64,000 bases of DNA from IMG/VR virus record IMGVR_UViG_2716884398_000001, positions 40,230 through 104,229 of that record; one strand, given 5' to 3'. The notes below the pieces were generated by a model. It had not been told where the DNA came from and did not search any database. It worked only from the letters and a program-made list of their open reading frames with translations. The DNA is from a virus. Positions 26,325 through 36,500 of the stretch are shown piece by piece (within the stretch, counting starts at the first letter, position 1; every line of letters starts with the position of its first letter). The translations under genes and the position numbers were made by a program.

Positions 26325-27602
26325 TTATATACCTGTTCTATCCTTAAACCTTTTCCAGGGACTGTCTGGAACCGCACCTGTTCCCGCAGTAGCATCTTTA
26401 TCCGCTTCAAAAGATTTCATTATGTCAGCAGCCAACCCACGCAGAATAGGTTTCGTTTCTGGGGCCTCGCCCCCTTCTCCACTTTTCATTTTAGCAGCCC
26501 ACTGATCGGCCCTCTTCAGCTTTGGTGATTTCTTTATCGAACCTCCGTGAGCAAGCATCTTTGCGTCCTTATCGCTTAATCCTTTTTTAGCTTTTTTTTT
26601 AGATTCATTTAATTTTTGATCCAAGGAAGAGCGTAAAAGAGCATAATCAGTGCTATCGTTTTGAGAACTTGGAAGTAAACTTTTTACCGCTGCGCTTACT
26701 TTACCAAAAACACTTTTCTTTTTTGGTGCGGGTTTAGGTTTAACAGCTCTTTGAGACTTAATGTTTGAAAGAATCTCACTGCCTCTACGAGCAGCCCTTA
26801 GGTGCTCTGGCTCACCCGTATGAGGGTTTCCACCATGACCACCAGTATACTCCTGTACTTTTACTGTTTCAGTAGGTGTTTCTGCATCGTCATAAGTTCT
26901 GTGCTTTCTTTTGCGAGCATTAGGATTGTTGTGCCCGAACTTAGCATCACCTCTAAACAAGTGTAATGGATCTTTTTTACCACCCTTTTTGGTGGTTTTT
27001 TCAGTAAGCTTTTGCTTAAGAATAGTAGTAAACACCTTTTCCTTAGCTGCTTTATCTAAAGTATCTTTAACAATGTTTTCTACTAAATCGGATTGAGTGG
27101 ACTCTGCAAGAGTGGGGAAAGCACCTCTAGTGGATGGATCAGCAACAAGGTCGAAAGTAACCAGCTTAAAATCTTCGTTAACTTTCTTTGTTCCATTGTC
27201 ACCTTCAGAAAGAGTACCCATACCTCTAGAAGAAATACCAATCTTAACACCCCCTTCAACCAAGGCTTGTGCTACTTTACCTGCGGGAGTATTAAGAAGC
27301 TCACACTCACCTATAACATCGTTGCCTTTAACATGAAGGTTTGTAATAAGATGAGAAACATTGCTTAATTTAACAGAGTCATGGCTTGGGTGATCTAGTT
27401 CGCCCATCAATCTTCTCTCATTTAAAGCATCAGTAAGCTTAGTGACTTCACGCTCCAATAAAGCCTTAGAATACACTCTCTTATTATTGTTTGCTTCATC
27501 TGCTCTTTGGAAAACCCCACGAAGTTTTTTGCATGTCTGACCGTTCTTTTCCTCGGTTAGAACTTCCATTTCTTCTAAAATAAATGTATCTACTAAAATC
27601 AT
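26325..27602 (-). CDS. Prohead protease (gp21-like) with a long basic C-terminal extension
   Basis: NNNKRVY, GELDHP, VSHLIT, NTPAG, GISSRGMG and FDLVADPS motifs in the first ~165 aa. Confidence 0.93.
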   Translation of the reverse strand: MILVDTFILEEMEVLTEEKNGQTCKKLRGVFQRADEANNNKRVYSKALLEREVTKLTDALNERRLMGELDHPSHDSVKLSNVSHLITNLHVKGNDVIGECELLNTPAGKVAQALVEGGVKIGISSRGMGTLSEGDNGTKKVNEDFKLVTFDLVADPSTRGAFPTLAESTQSDLVENIVKDTLDKAAKEKVFTTILKQKLTEKTTKKGGKKDPLHLFRGDAKFGHNNPNARKRKHRTYDDAETPTETVKVQEYTGGHGGNPHTGEPEHLRAARRGSEILSNIKSQRAVKPKPAPKKKSVFGKVSAAVKSLLPSSQNDSTDYALLRSSLDQKLNESKKKAKKGLSDKDAKMLAHGGSIKKSPKLKRADQWAAKMKSGEGGEAPETKPILRGLAADIMKSFEADKDATAGTGAVPDSPWKRFKDRTGI

Positions 27603-27603
27603 A

Positions 27604-27996
27604 TTACTTGTGCTCCTTATACTTTTCGAACTTTTTGGACTTCTGCTTTCCGTGTTTTCTCATGGTCCTAACTGAATGTGCTTTAATGCTTGAAAACTCG
27701 GAGGATGGAGTAGAACTTCCAGGAGTAAACCCTTTGGCTACTCTACCGCTGCAAGAGGGAACTTGAGACTTTTGCTTTTTCCTTTGCTTGGTAATAACAT
27801 AAATTCTTTTGGATCCTTTTGTTGACATCATTTGTCCAGGATATCCAGCGCAAACACCTTTTTCTAAGGTATCGTATACCTTAACTTTTGATTTCGTAGC
27901 AGTGGCTTTTCCTGACTTATTTAAAGTGTTGTACTTACCTCTACCTGAAGGGTATCTTTTCCCTTTTGCTTCAAGAATTTGATCCAGGATGTCCAC
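27604..27996 (-). CDS. Basic hypothetical protein in the head module
   Basis: 130 aa, K-rich, starts MDILDQILEAK. Confidence 0.7.
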   Translation of the reverse strand: MDILDQILEAKGKRYPSGRGKYNTLNKSGKATATKSKVKVYDTLEKGVCAGYPGQMMSTKGSKRIYVITKQRKKQKSQVPSCSGRVAKGFTPGSSTPSSEFSSIKAHSVRTMRKHGKQKSKKFEKYKEHK

Positions 27997-28472
27997 TATT
28001 TTTTTCCTAAAATATTTAAGAGGTCCTGCCTTCTACTTTTTCGTGACTTTTTAGAAGTACCTGCGAAATTAGGGGAAATCCGACCGACTGTAGTTTTTGC
28101 TTCCCCACCTACAAAACCAGAGCCTGTCATTTCACGAAGAACAGAAGTTAACTCCCTAACTGCACCTTCAAAACGCTCAACTAATGCAGCATGTTCGTGC
28201 AATATTTGAGGTTCTTCAGGTGTAGAGATCTCAATTTCAGGAATTTCTTCTACTTCTGGTTGTTCTTCTGGCTCTTGTGGAGCTTCAACAGAAAAAGATT
28301 CGTTAAGAATCTGGTTTCGCATGTTACTAGGGACTTCAATGTCACTAATATCAGCTTGCCCTTTCTCTGCATTAACGCCTGTAAAAGGATCTCTGGAGGT
28401 TGGAGTGGGACTTTCTAGTTCCTGCTCAATTAAGTTTAAAGCAAAGTCCCCTATGGACTCTACCGAACTCAT
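27996..28472 (-). CDS. Hypothetical prohead core-like protein
   Basis: 158 aa; acidic middle; ILNE, LHE and LRE motifs; translationally coupled to its neighbours. Confidence 0.65.
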   Translation of the reverse strand: MSSVESIGDFALNLIEQELESPTPTSRDPFTGVNAEKGQADISDIEVPSNMRNQILNESFSVEAPQEPEEQPEVEEIPEIEISTPEEPQILHEHAALVERFEGAVRELTSVLREMTGSGFVGGEAKTTVGRISPNFAGTSKKSRKSRRQDLLNILGKK

Positions 28473-28831
28473 TTTGCTTCTTCTTCCTCTTCTTCCTCTT
28501 CTTCCTCTTCCTCGTCACCTTCATTTAAAAGGTACTCTTCTGCGGCATCAAATAGTTCAAGCATGTTTGAAGCATGCTCAAGGAGAGCGTCATCTTCAAG
28601 GTTATCAAGAACATACTCAAGATCCTCAAGAGAGAAAGAAACTTCCTCTTCAGAAACCTCTTCAGCGGCTTCCTCAACGACCTCAGTAGCCTCAGAAACT
28701 TGTGCAACTTCTTCGGTTGCCTCTTCAGTAGCCTCTTCAATTTTTGCTACCTTGACATTTGCTTTTGCCCAAGACTCTTCTTCGCAGAGTTGCTTGATAA
28801 ACTCATCAGTTACTTGTGTGTTAAAATCCAT
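28469..28831 (-). CDS. Highly acidic prohead core-like protein (gp67/68-like position)
   Basis: 120 aa; EEATEE repeats and poly-Glu tail. Confidence 0.65.
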   Translation of the reverse strand: MDFNTQVTDEFIKQLCEEESWAKANVKVAKIEEATEEATEEVAQVSEATEVVEEAAEEVSEEEVSFSLEDLEYVLDNLEDDALLEHASNMLELFDAAEEYLLNEGDEEEEEEEEEEEEAK

Positions 28832-28860
28832 TGTTTTTTCCTCAATTAGAATTAGGTTAG

Positions 28861-28894
28861 AATATAACCTCTACATTTATTTAGAGGTTATATT
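28861..28894. repeat. Perfect 13-bp inverted repeat overlapping a TAAATA late-promoter box
   Basis: AATATAACCTCTA-CATTTATT-TAGAGGTTATATT. Confidence 0.8.
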
Positions 28895-28923
28895 ATGTAG
28901 TGTAAATAAAAATTTAGTTTTTG

Positions 28924-29346
28924 TTACCCAGCAAAGACATTTGGTGATCCATCACTCAAAATATAAGTACTTTCTCCTGGGTTTGTTCCTTTGTCCCCTA
29001 CCCTATGTACTGGTCTGTCCTCAAAGAATACCGTTGCAGAGCCTTCTGTAGCCCAAGAAGGCGTGTGCTCATTGGAATCATCTCCTTCATGATCATCTCC
29101 CACTGAACAATCAGTATCTCCTAAAGATCCAGTAGATTGGGTTCCTGCAACTGCGCCCCTGAATCCATTGACCAGTACTGTAGCAGCACCTTGGTCACTC
29201 CCTGCATTTTGTAAGGTTGTTGTGTAGTCAGAAGGTACTATAACATGCCCATCATCTCCCTCATGATCATGTGTACACTTAGATCCTCCAGCAGCAGTAG
29301 TTGTCCCTGTATCTGCTGCGTTATGTCTTCCTACTTTACTACTCAT
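28924..29346 (-). CDS. PAAR-like spike-tip protein (gp5.4-like), internally duplicated
   Basis: GAATVLVNG, GSATVFFEDRPVHRVGD and DGSPNVFAG motifs; repeated C...HEGDD..H. Confidence 0.8.
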   Translation of the reverse strand: MSSKVGRHNAADTGTTTAAGGSKCTHDHEGDDGHVIVPSDYTTTLQNAGSDQGAATVLVNGFRGAVAGTQSTGSLGDTDCSVGDDHEGDDSNEHTPSWATEGSATVFFEDRPVHRVGDKGTNPGESTYILSDGSPNVFAG

Positions 29347-31266
29347 TTAACTTACTCCTCCACCTCCAGGTTTGACACCAATGACAATTTGCTCAGTTTC
29401 AGGATCTTCGTACTCATTAGGATAATACTTTAAGTAAGTAGGAGCATGATCCTTGTTTATTAGATTTGTATAAACAGAAAGTTTAGGGTATGTTTCAGTA
29501 GCACCCACATAAGTTAATAATGTGATATACTTATCCCGACTAACATGACCCATTTTTGGGAAAGTTTCTGATACGCTTGTTGAACTCGAAAGCGTTTGCA
29601 ATCTAAGTTTAGATAAAAAAGTTTTATAATTTTCAACATCTAGTCTTAAAGAATGAAGCTGAGAAGGGGTTAAGCGATAAAACAACTCAACAAAGGGAGT
29701 AACAGAAGGTAAAGTGCCATAGGAAGTATTTAAACTTTTCATAACTGTTAATGCTTTATAGAGTGGTCCTGCCGTTCTAGGCAAAGTTTCACTACCTTTT
29801 TTATAATAAGTTGAATTTGGAAACGCTGCTGTGTTAAAAGTGTAGGTATTTGTTGTGGAGTTGTGGGTTAGATGGGAGCAATTAGCATCTGAATCTTGTA
29901 CATCATTGTCCAGGTGGGGAATAAATTTGAGAGATCTAGTACCATAAACTCCCATTTTAGACCTACCATGAAAAGGAGTATACTCTGTTTTATCCGTGGG
30001 AACAATAACTATATGTTGAGGAATGCACCGTGGATAGGTTTTTTCATCTATATTGTTAAAAAAATGAGTAGAAAAATCAGAGAAAGTTACTGTAGCTTGC
30101 TCTTTATCAATCAGATAATCAATGATGGGGTCATCATGTAGAACATAAAAAACAGCATTAGGAAAAGCTTTTCTCTCTAAATCTGTGTCAATAGTGGTAG
30201 TTGTATTATAAGTAGCCGTTGTAGACCTAATTAAAGAGGTATTCGACTCTAAATCACTAACAGATGCTGTGTCCAAATTAAGAACAATATATGAGTCTCT
30301 TCCTGTAGCGGTAGTGTATGTAGTTTCTATATTATCTGTTTCCGTAGTAGCAACCTTAATAGTTATTGAAGAGTCTTCACGCAACAAATTAAATATTTTT
30401 TCTGAATCAAGGAGTGTTGGGACTTTAGCCTTGCTTATGTCTGATGTTAGTTTAACTATAGAGGAGTTAACTAAAATATGATCACCAGCCTCGTAGGGCA
30501 CTTTGTTAACAGTTTTTCCTGAGTCTTCAACATGTAGCGTGTCATCTGTGGCTATTGTGAAACTATGCTCTGTCCCATCTTCTTTTAATACAACAAGCTT
30601 TTTATTAACATCGGCAGGAATGGTTCTCCAGTATTTTAACCTATCAGATAGAACACCTGAATACTTTGTATAGTCTAGGTCTGCTGAATCTTCTTTTGCA
30701 ATCTTATATGCTATATTCTCATCCTTAATTAAATTATTAGTAGCATACTTTGGAGCGTTGTTAAATGAATGAGTGTTGCCTAATCTTTTTATATAATTAG
30801 AATTAAAGTACTTCAATTCATTTCTTACTAAAAGATTTTGAATAGTTGCTAGGAAGTTTCTTTTAGCTGAGTTACCGTCTAAAGTTTCAATCTTTTCTAA
30901 ACTAATTTTCAAGTCATCAGCTAGACTCTGTTCAATAATACTTAAAGAGATGTCCCCATATGGATATGGATTGTAGGTGCCTACTTCAGCGTTTAACCGT
31001 ATTATCTCTGAGATACTTTCATGAACCTTATTAGAGAAAACATCTTTTATGTTATACCAATCATACGCTACGGGAAGATTCGCTTCTTTTTTTGAGATAA
31101 CATCCCGATACCCGTGCCCAGGCCACTCATATCTTTCATCAAATACACTTGATCTTCCAGTAAAAGAGTATCTATCCGCAGATGGAATCACTGATTTAGT
31201 GGTTCTAATTCCATCTAAGGGCGCGGGAGTAAACTTATAGGTTCCTTGTGGCCTATTATAAACCAT
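29347..31266 (-). CDS. Hypothetical virion protein
   Basis: 639 aa ORF in the structural operon. Confidence 0.7.
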   Translation of the reverse strand: MVYNRPQGTYKFTPAPLDGIRTTKSVIPSADRYSFTGRSSVFDERYEWPGHGYRDVISKKEANLPVAYDWYNIKDVFSNKVHESISEIIRLNAEVGTYNPYPYGDISLSIIEQSLADDLKISLEKIETLDGNSAKRNFLATIQNLLVRNELKYFNSNYIKRLGNTHSFNNAPKYATNNLIKDENIAYKIAKEDSADLDYTKYSGVLSDRLKYWRTIPADVNKKLVVLKEDGTEHSFTIATDDTLHVEDSGKTVNKVPYEAGDHILVNSSIVKLTSDISKAKVPTLLDSEKIFNLLREDSSITIKVATTETDNIETTYTTATGRDSYIVLNLDTASVSDLESNTSLIRSTTATYNTTTTIDTDLERKAFPNAVFYVLHDDPIIDYLIDKEQATVTFSDFSTHFFNNIDEKTYPRCIPQHIVIVPTDKTEYTPFHGRSKMGVYGTRSLKFIPHLDNDVQDSDANCSHLTHNSTTNTYTFNTAAFPNSTYYKKGSETLPRTAGPLYKALTVMKSLNTSYGTLPSVTPFVELFYRLTPSQLHSLRLDVENYKTFLSKLRLQTLSSSTSVSETFPKMGHVSRDKYITLLTYVGATETYPKLSVYTNLINKDHAPTYLKYYPNEYEDPETEQIVIGVKPGGGGVS

Positions 31267-31269
31267 AAT

Positions 31270-33519
31270 TTATTCAATATCTGCTAACTTAGTGATACTA
31301 AAACTACCTTCAACTATAAGATCTTGGCTCTCTGTCTGCGAGGAGGGATCTCCATCTGAATCTTCATATACGAGCCCTTCTTGGGACAACCTAACCTGAT
31401 AATCTATAAAATCTTCCCCTGGTGGAGGCACAACATGAGCGATAATAGTGCCTCCTATAGTGCGACCGTCATTTCGGTAATTGACAATCCGATTTAAAGA
31501 GCCCTCACTTGGAGGAGACCACCAGCTTCCTGCGCCCATGTCGGCGTGGTCTCCAAAGTTATCACTAGTTCCCTCAAACCTATCCCAAGAAGTATTATCA
31601 ATAGTAAGTGGCCCTCCACCAGGATTTCGCCAAAGATGTAGCTTGGCATCCATCATTTTAGAGGATTGATTGCCATCTGAATCTTGTTCTCTACTCCAGA
31701 TAGGATTTATAAAACAATCAATTTTATAGATGCCTCGTTTTAAAGTAATCATACCTTGATCTGCTATATAAATCTCATTATTATCATTATATAATATTGT
31801 TCTCTGTGGGTTAGCATCTGGCATAGAAGTTCCTGCACCTGTATGTTTTAATATTAAATACCCATCTTTTGAAAGTTTATCTTCATTAGGCCAAGAAGAA
31901 TTAATAATCTTACTATAGAACTGAGGCTTATTTGGGTTTGTTACAGCATTTACCAAAGCCGTTAATTCCGAAATTTTCAGATCATATCTTTCCACTATTG
32001 TCGCTTCTATATTCCTAGCATACTCTTGTAATTGGCGTTTTCCGACCGCAGGGTTAACCATAGATAATTGAGGAACCGCAGCAGCGATACCTGCTCGTTC
32101 ATTATACGCTAACTCAGCAGTCCTAAAGAAAGGACGGATATCAACGATATGATCCATAGATAAAGTTTGTGTTTCTTGTCCGCTCTGTGAGAACACATAA
32201 CATATTGGTAAAACTGATTGTCCAACCAATCTAATATCAGTGTCTACAAGATTATCAGCTAACAGAGGGGCTAAATTCATTAAGTCATCAGGTGATGGGA
32301 AGCTTCCTCTAAAAGTAATTGAACCGTTAGGGATGGTAGTTAATTCTGTGTCCCAGTGATCTACTATGGGAGAAAGTAAACTTTTTGAAACATCATAACT
32401 CCCTGGATTTCGCTCATCAAGAACATACTCTACTGTATCATTCGCAGCTTCGTTACCTATATCACCTGGGGCAACATCGGTTAAAACACCAGCACTATCT
32501 TTTTTCTTAAGAATTAATCCAGCACCTTTAACTAACCCTAACTTTGGAGCCGTTATTGTTGTTATTCCGTCTCTGTGACCTATTCTAGTTCTTTTCGAAT
32601 CTACAGGGTGAGTGTATAAGAAAACTAAATCAATACGATAATTAGGGGAAGCATCAGTTGAATTATCCATAAAATCAGCCGAATCGAACGCTGGGATATC
32701 AATAGTTAATTCCTGAGGTACATTAACTACCGCTGTTCTAGCTACACCCTTCCATCTCTTAGTAAACTCCATAGATAACTTTTGCGACAAAAGAGTATCA
32801 GAGCTAGTTGTTGCGTATTTCCATACAGAAGTCTTTAAACCTGGAATTCTATTAGGAGCCTGTCCTATTTGATATCGGAGATCATACCCTTCTTCCAATG
32901 TAGTATTAAATATACGGTAATAATCGTATAAACCGTTGAACCCTAACCCTGCTAAACTAGGAGTACCTGCATTTACGGTAAAATTACCAATAAGCTTGTG
33001 TAGGGTCTCCTCAGGAAGAGTAAGGAGGTATTTTGTGGGGAGTAATCTTTCACTATCTTGAGATTCAGGAACATCAGGATCATACTCAGGAGCCTGCAAG
33101 TTTGGTCCTTCAGCCTGTAAAGTACTTATGTAATTTTGTAATCCATAGGCATCGTTAACTCTTGCAGTAAAGTTTCCAGGCTTAACTCGTACAATCCTAT
33201 CTGTACCAATTACATGTGGCTTAAGTTCGTTAAAGTCTGCCCTGTTAATACCGTTAGTGGTTGTCCCACCTGAGCTTCCTCCAGTACCTGTACCATTCTG
33301 AATTTGGTCTCTAAGCCATAAGCAGTTTTCTTGAAGTTGCTTAAGTGGGATGTTGTCAACTTCCCAATAGTAGGGATCGTTTGATTTGTAGTAACGAACA
33401 GGATCGGTAAATTTATAAGGACTTTCTGTAAAATTAAACTCTAAATTAGAATCGCCAGTGTACGAAGATCCCGTACCATTACCATTTCCATTTCCACTAT
33501 TATTACCGTTGTATGCCAT
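31270..33519 (-). CDS. Virion appendage/tail-fibre-like protein
   Basis: 749 aa; N-terminal YWEVDNIPLKQLQE motif shared with the next gene; coiled coil before a beta-rich C-terminal domain. Confidence 0.65.
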   Translation of the reverse strand: MAYNGNNSGNGNGNGTGSSYTGDSNLEFNFTESPYKFTDPVRYYKSNDPYYWEVDNIPLKQLQENCLWLRDQIQNGTGTGGSSGGTTTNGINRADFNELKPHVIGTDRIVRVKPGNFTARVNDAYGLQNYISTLQAEGPNLQAPEYDPDVPESQDSERLLPTKYLLTLPEETLHKLIGNFTVNAGTPSLAGLGFNGLYDYYRIFNTTLEEGYDLRYQIGQAPNRIPGLKTSVWKYATTSSDTLLSQKLSMEFTKRWKGVARTAVVNVPQELTIDIPAFDSADFMDNSTDASPNYRIDLVFLYTHPVDSKRTRIGHRDGITTITAPKLGLVKGAGLILKKKDSAGVLTDVAPGDIGNEAANDTVEYVLDERNPGSYDVSKSLLSPIVDHWDTELTTIPNGSITFRGSFPSPDDLMNLAPLLADNLVDTDIRLVGQSVLPICYVFSQSGQETQTLSMDHIVDIRPFFRTAELAYNERAGIAAAVPQLSMVNPAVGKRQLQEYARNIEATIVERYDLKISELTALVNAVTNPNKPQFYSKIINSSWPNEDKLSKDGYLILKHTGAGTSMPDANPQRTILYNDNNEIYIADQGMITLKRGIYKIDCFINPIWSREQDSDGNQSSKMMDAKLHLWRNPGGGPLTIDNTSWDRFEGTSDNFGDHADMGAGSWWSPPSEGSLNRIVNYRNDGRTIGGTIIAHVVPPPGEDFIDYQVRLSQEGLVYEDSDGDPSSQTESQDLIVEGSFSITKLADIE

Positions 33520-36500
33520 TTAGTTTCCTTTCCCTAGATCAAAGATGTTAGATGATCTGAATCCTTTACCTAACTGGTTTGTGGTAGGTGTCTCCATCTC
33601 TCCACCAGAAGCGTCATATGAACTGTATATAACAACCTTAGGACCACCTCTGTCTCCTATTGCTCTAAAAGCAGCGTTCTTAGCATTAGCAAAGGTGTTA
33701 GCTGCTGACTCATCAAGCATAATATTATAGGGGTTATGTTGTGGCCCGAAGTCCTTGGATCTGTAATATCCTGATAGGCCTAAATCAGGCATTCCCTCAT
33801 ATTGGTAGGCTCCCCCATCATTAGTACTTGAAAGAAGAAGATGTTGATACCCGACAGCACTTACATTATCTAACCCAATTCCTGCACCGACAGGAACACC
33901 TGCTGGTCCTGACAAACTATACCCCTGTGCTAAATGTTGATAAGGCCTGTTGTCATTTAGGTGGTAAGGATATACACCACCAAAAGGTACAGCCCCATTA
34001 AGATTGCCAGAGGCGTAACCAACTTGTTTCATCGCAGGGTCAACACTGAAATATAACCTGAAAGGGCCTTTATTTTGATAACTGGTCATGCCTATAGTGG
34101 TACTGTTATTGTGTACAGACTCAGAAATTGCACTAAGCACAGAGAAAGTTGGTCCTCCATCAGCCCACCGAAGTCCATCGACATCAGAAACCTGAACACC
34201 TAAGCCATACAAATCGCAAACAGCAATTCGACCTGTTTCTGGGTTATGTTCCGCTCCATAAGCTACTGCGCTTGTGGATGTATTATCAGTAATTGTTCCA
34301 CTGGCAAACTCATTATATGATTCCCCTGAGAAGTACGCTGCTCTAGGACCATGATAATCAGCTTTAGCAGGATGGTCTCCACTCACACTAATATATGAAG
34401 CATTTAGCCTTGAGGAGTCTGCGATGTTCCAAATAAGAAGATTATTATTACCTTTTATATCGGTATCAGCTTCTGATCTAGTTGGGTCGAAATAGGTTCC
34501 GTTTGCAATTGGTCCACCACATGGGAAGTGGACATTTTTAACATTAACTTGACTCCCACCTAAAGCACGAACACAATAGCCTCCTAGCGAGACACTAATC
34601 TTAGTTATGGCACTTGAATCTGCTCCAAAAGGATTGAGTACTTGATAAAGTGTATCATTTCCTTTCATATTCGCATTTTTGATTCTATCTCCTGCAACAG
34701 TATCGGGGAGTGCTGAAGCGATGTTCTGTCTACTTCCACTATCAATCGAGTTGGTTATAGCATCGGCTGGATTAGGGAAGAACTGCATAGAACCTCTTGA
34801 ATATAATGAAGAGGGGCTATTATCGTTGTCAAAGTCTACGCCATCGCCGTATATACTATCGCCTGAGACATCCCAAAAAGCGTTGAAATCACCCAAATTT
34901 TCCATGTTGATTACTGAGTTATTATCAGCAACAAGACATGCCCTGGTTGAGTGTAGCTCAACCGCTGTATGGTTTAAAGGGTTAGTTAAAGTAAACCCAC
35001 TTACATCTAATTCACCACTGCCTTTTTTATGAGGACAGAACTCCATAACTGAATTATTGTCAGCTAAAACATCTACACCGAATTGAGCGATAACAGTTGG
35101 GCCTCGGAAAGAAACCTTAGAATTATTATCTGCTGCGATCCCTGCATTATGCAACTGCTTTGCAAGGTCTGGGGGACCAATAACCATAGTAGTTCCTGAG
35201 CCAGTACCTAAGAATTTAACTTCAGAATTATTCTGAGCTAAAACAGCGGAGCCTTTAGTTGGATGTAAACCTAACATACCACTTACATCTAATCTACAAT
35301 GGATTAAGTCCGCTTTAGATTGATTAACTTCAACCGCAGGAAGCGATGTATTCTTTGCACCTCGGTTTAAAACACCATGGGACTGTACCATTCGCATCAA
35401 TCCAAACCTTTGGGGACGGTTGTTATTAGAAGATCTAATATTTGTAGAATCATCATAACCGAAACTACTATTAGAATCAAGGACTAAATGTTGCCCATTC
35501 TGCCTGAAAAAGGTTTGTGAGAAACGGACACCTTTTGAGCTTTCAACTAAGTCGCTGAATGTATCATTAGAATAATTCTTATTGTATACAATGTGAGAAT
35601 TATTCGCTCGCAATCCTATATACTCACTATTCTCTACGGTAAGCTCATCTGTTTTAATAACAGAGTTATCTAAATCAAGACCGTATTCATTATTAAATAC
35701 ATCTAGCCTTCCATCAAAAGCCATATGTGAGTTGATAGCTTTAACACCGAAGTTATTATACCCAACATGGACATTGGTTGCAAGCCTTCCGCTATCACCT
35801 GAGGCCCCTGCATCAAAGATACTATTCTCTAATAGAATGCCTACTGAGTTTTGTTGTGTGTGAAAAAGGAAGTCCACACCAGAAGCGTATAGGTCAGCAC
35901 TTACAGAAACAGTACTGTTAAATGCACGAAGCCCAGCGGTCTCATTATCTGCTCTTGCCTCAGACCCCTTAGTGTTATTCGTAACTTCGTAATTGCGGTG
36001 GGAATAGAATCCCCTACTTAAAGTTACATTAGAGTTTCTAATCTCTGTTCCATACAATTTGCATCGTGTAGTGGCAACATTTTCTAATGTAACACCATTA
36101 GAATTTTCAACCACTGCACCTTTATCAATGAGGTACTTACCTACAGGGGTTCCATTTTCTCCACCTCCTGTGTTCGCTCCATCAACACAGAATCCTCTAA
36201 GATAAATAGGACCATCACAATTGTTAACCCTAATTGAGCTAACATGATTTGCAAATACAAGCCCTGCAATTTGATCATCATTAGTAGTATCAAAAGCAAC
36301 GGGAGGAGCCGATCTCCCTAAATGTGAATCATCAATCTGGCTTTTTGCGCTGACATCTAAGACTTTTACAGAAAGATCTTTAACGCTGTGTTTTCTTACT
36401 CCTTCTGTATATCCTGCTATTCCGTATTCAGATAACTCAAAAACAGCACTTGTACCTTTAGCCCAGGGGTTAGGTGCAGCGAAATCACCCCCACTAGCTT

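Noticed and set aside
28475..28740. TCTTCC/TCTTCA-type short tandem repeats
   Set aside because: They are explained by Glu-rich coding (poly-E, EEATEE) in the acidic core protein.
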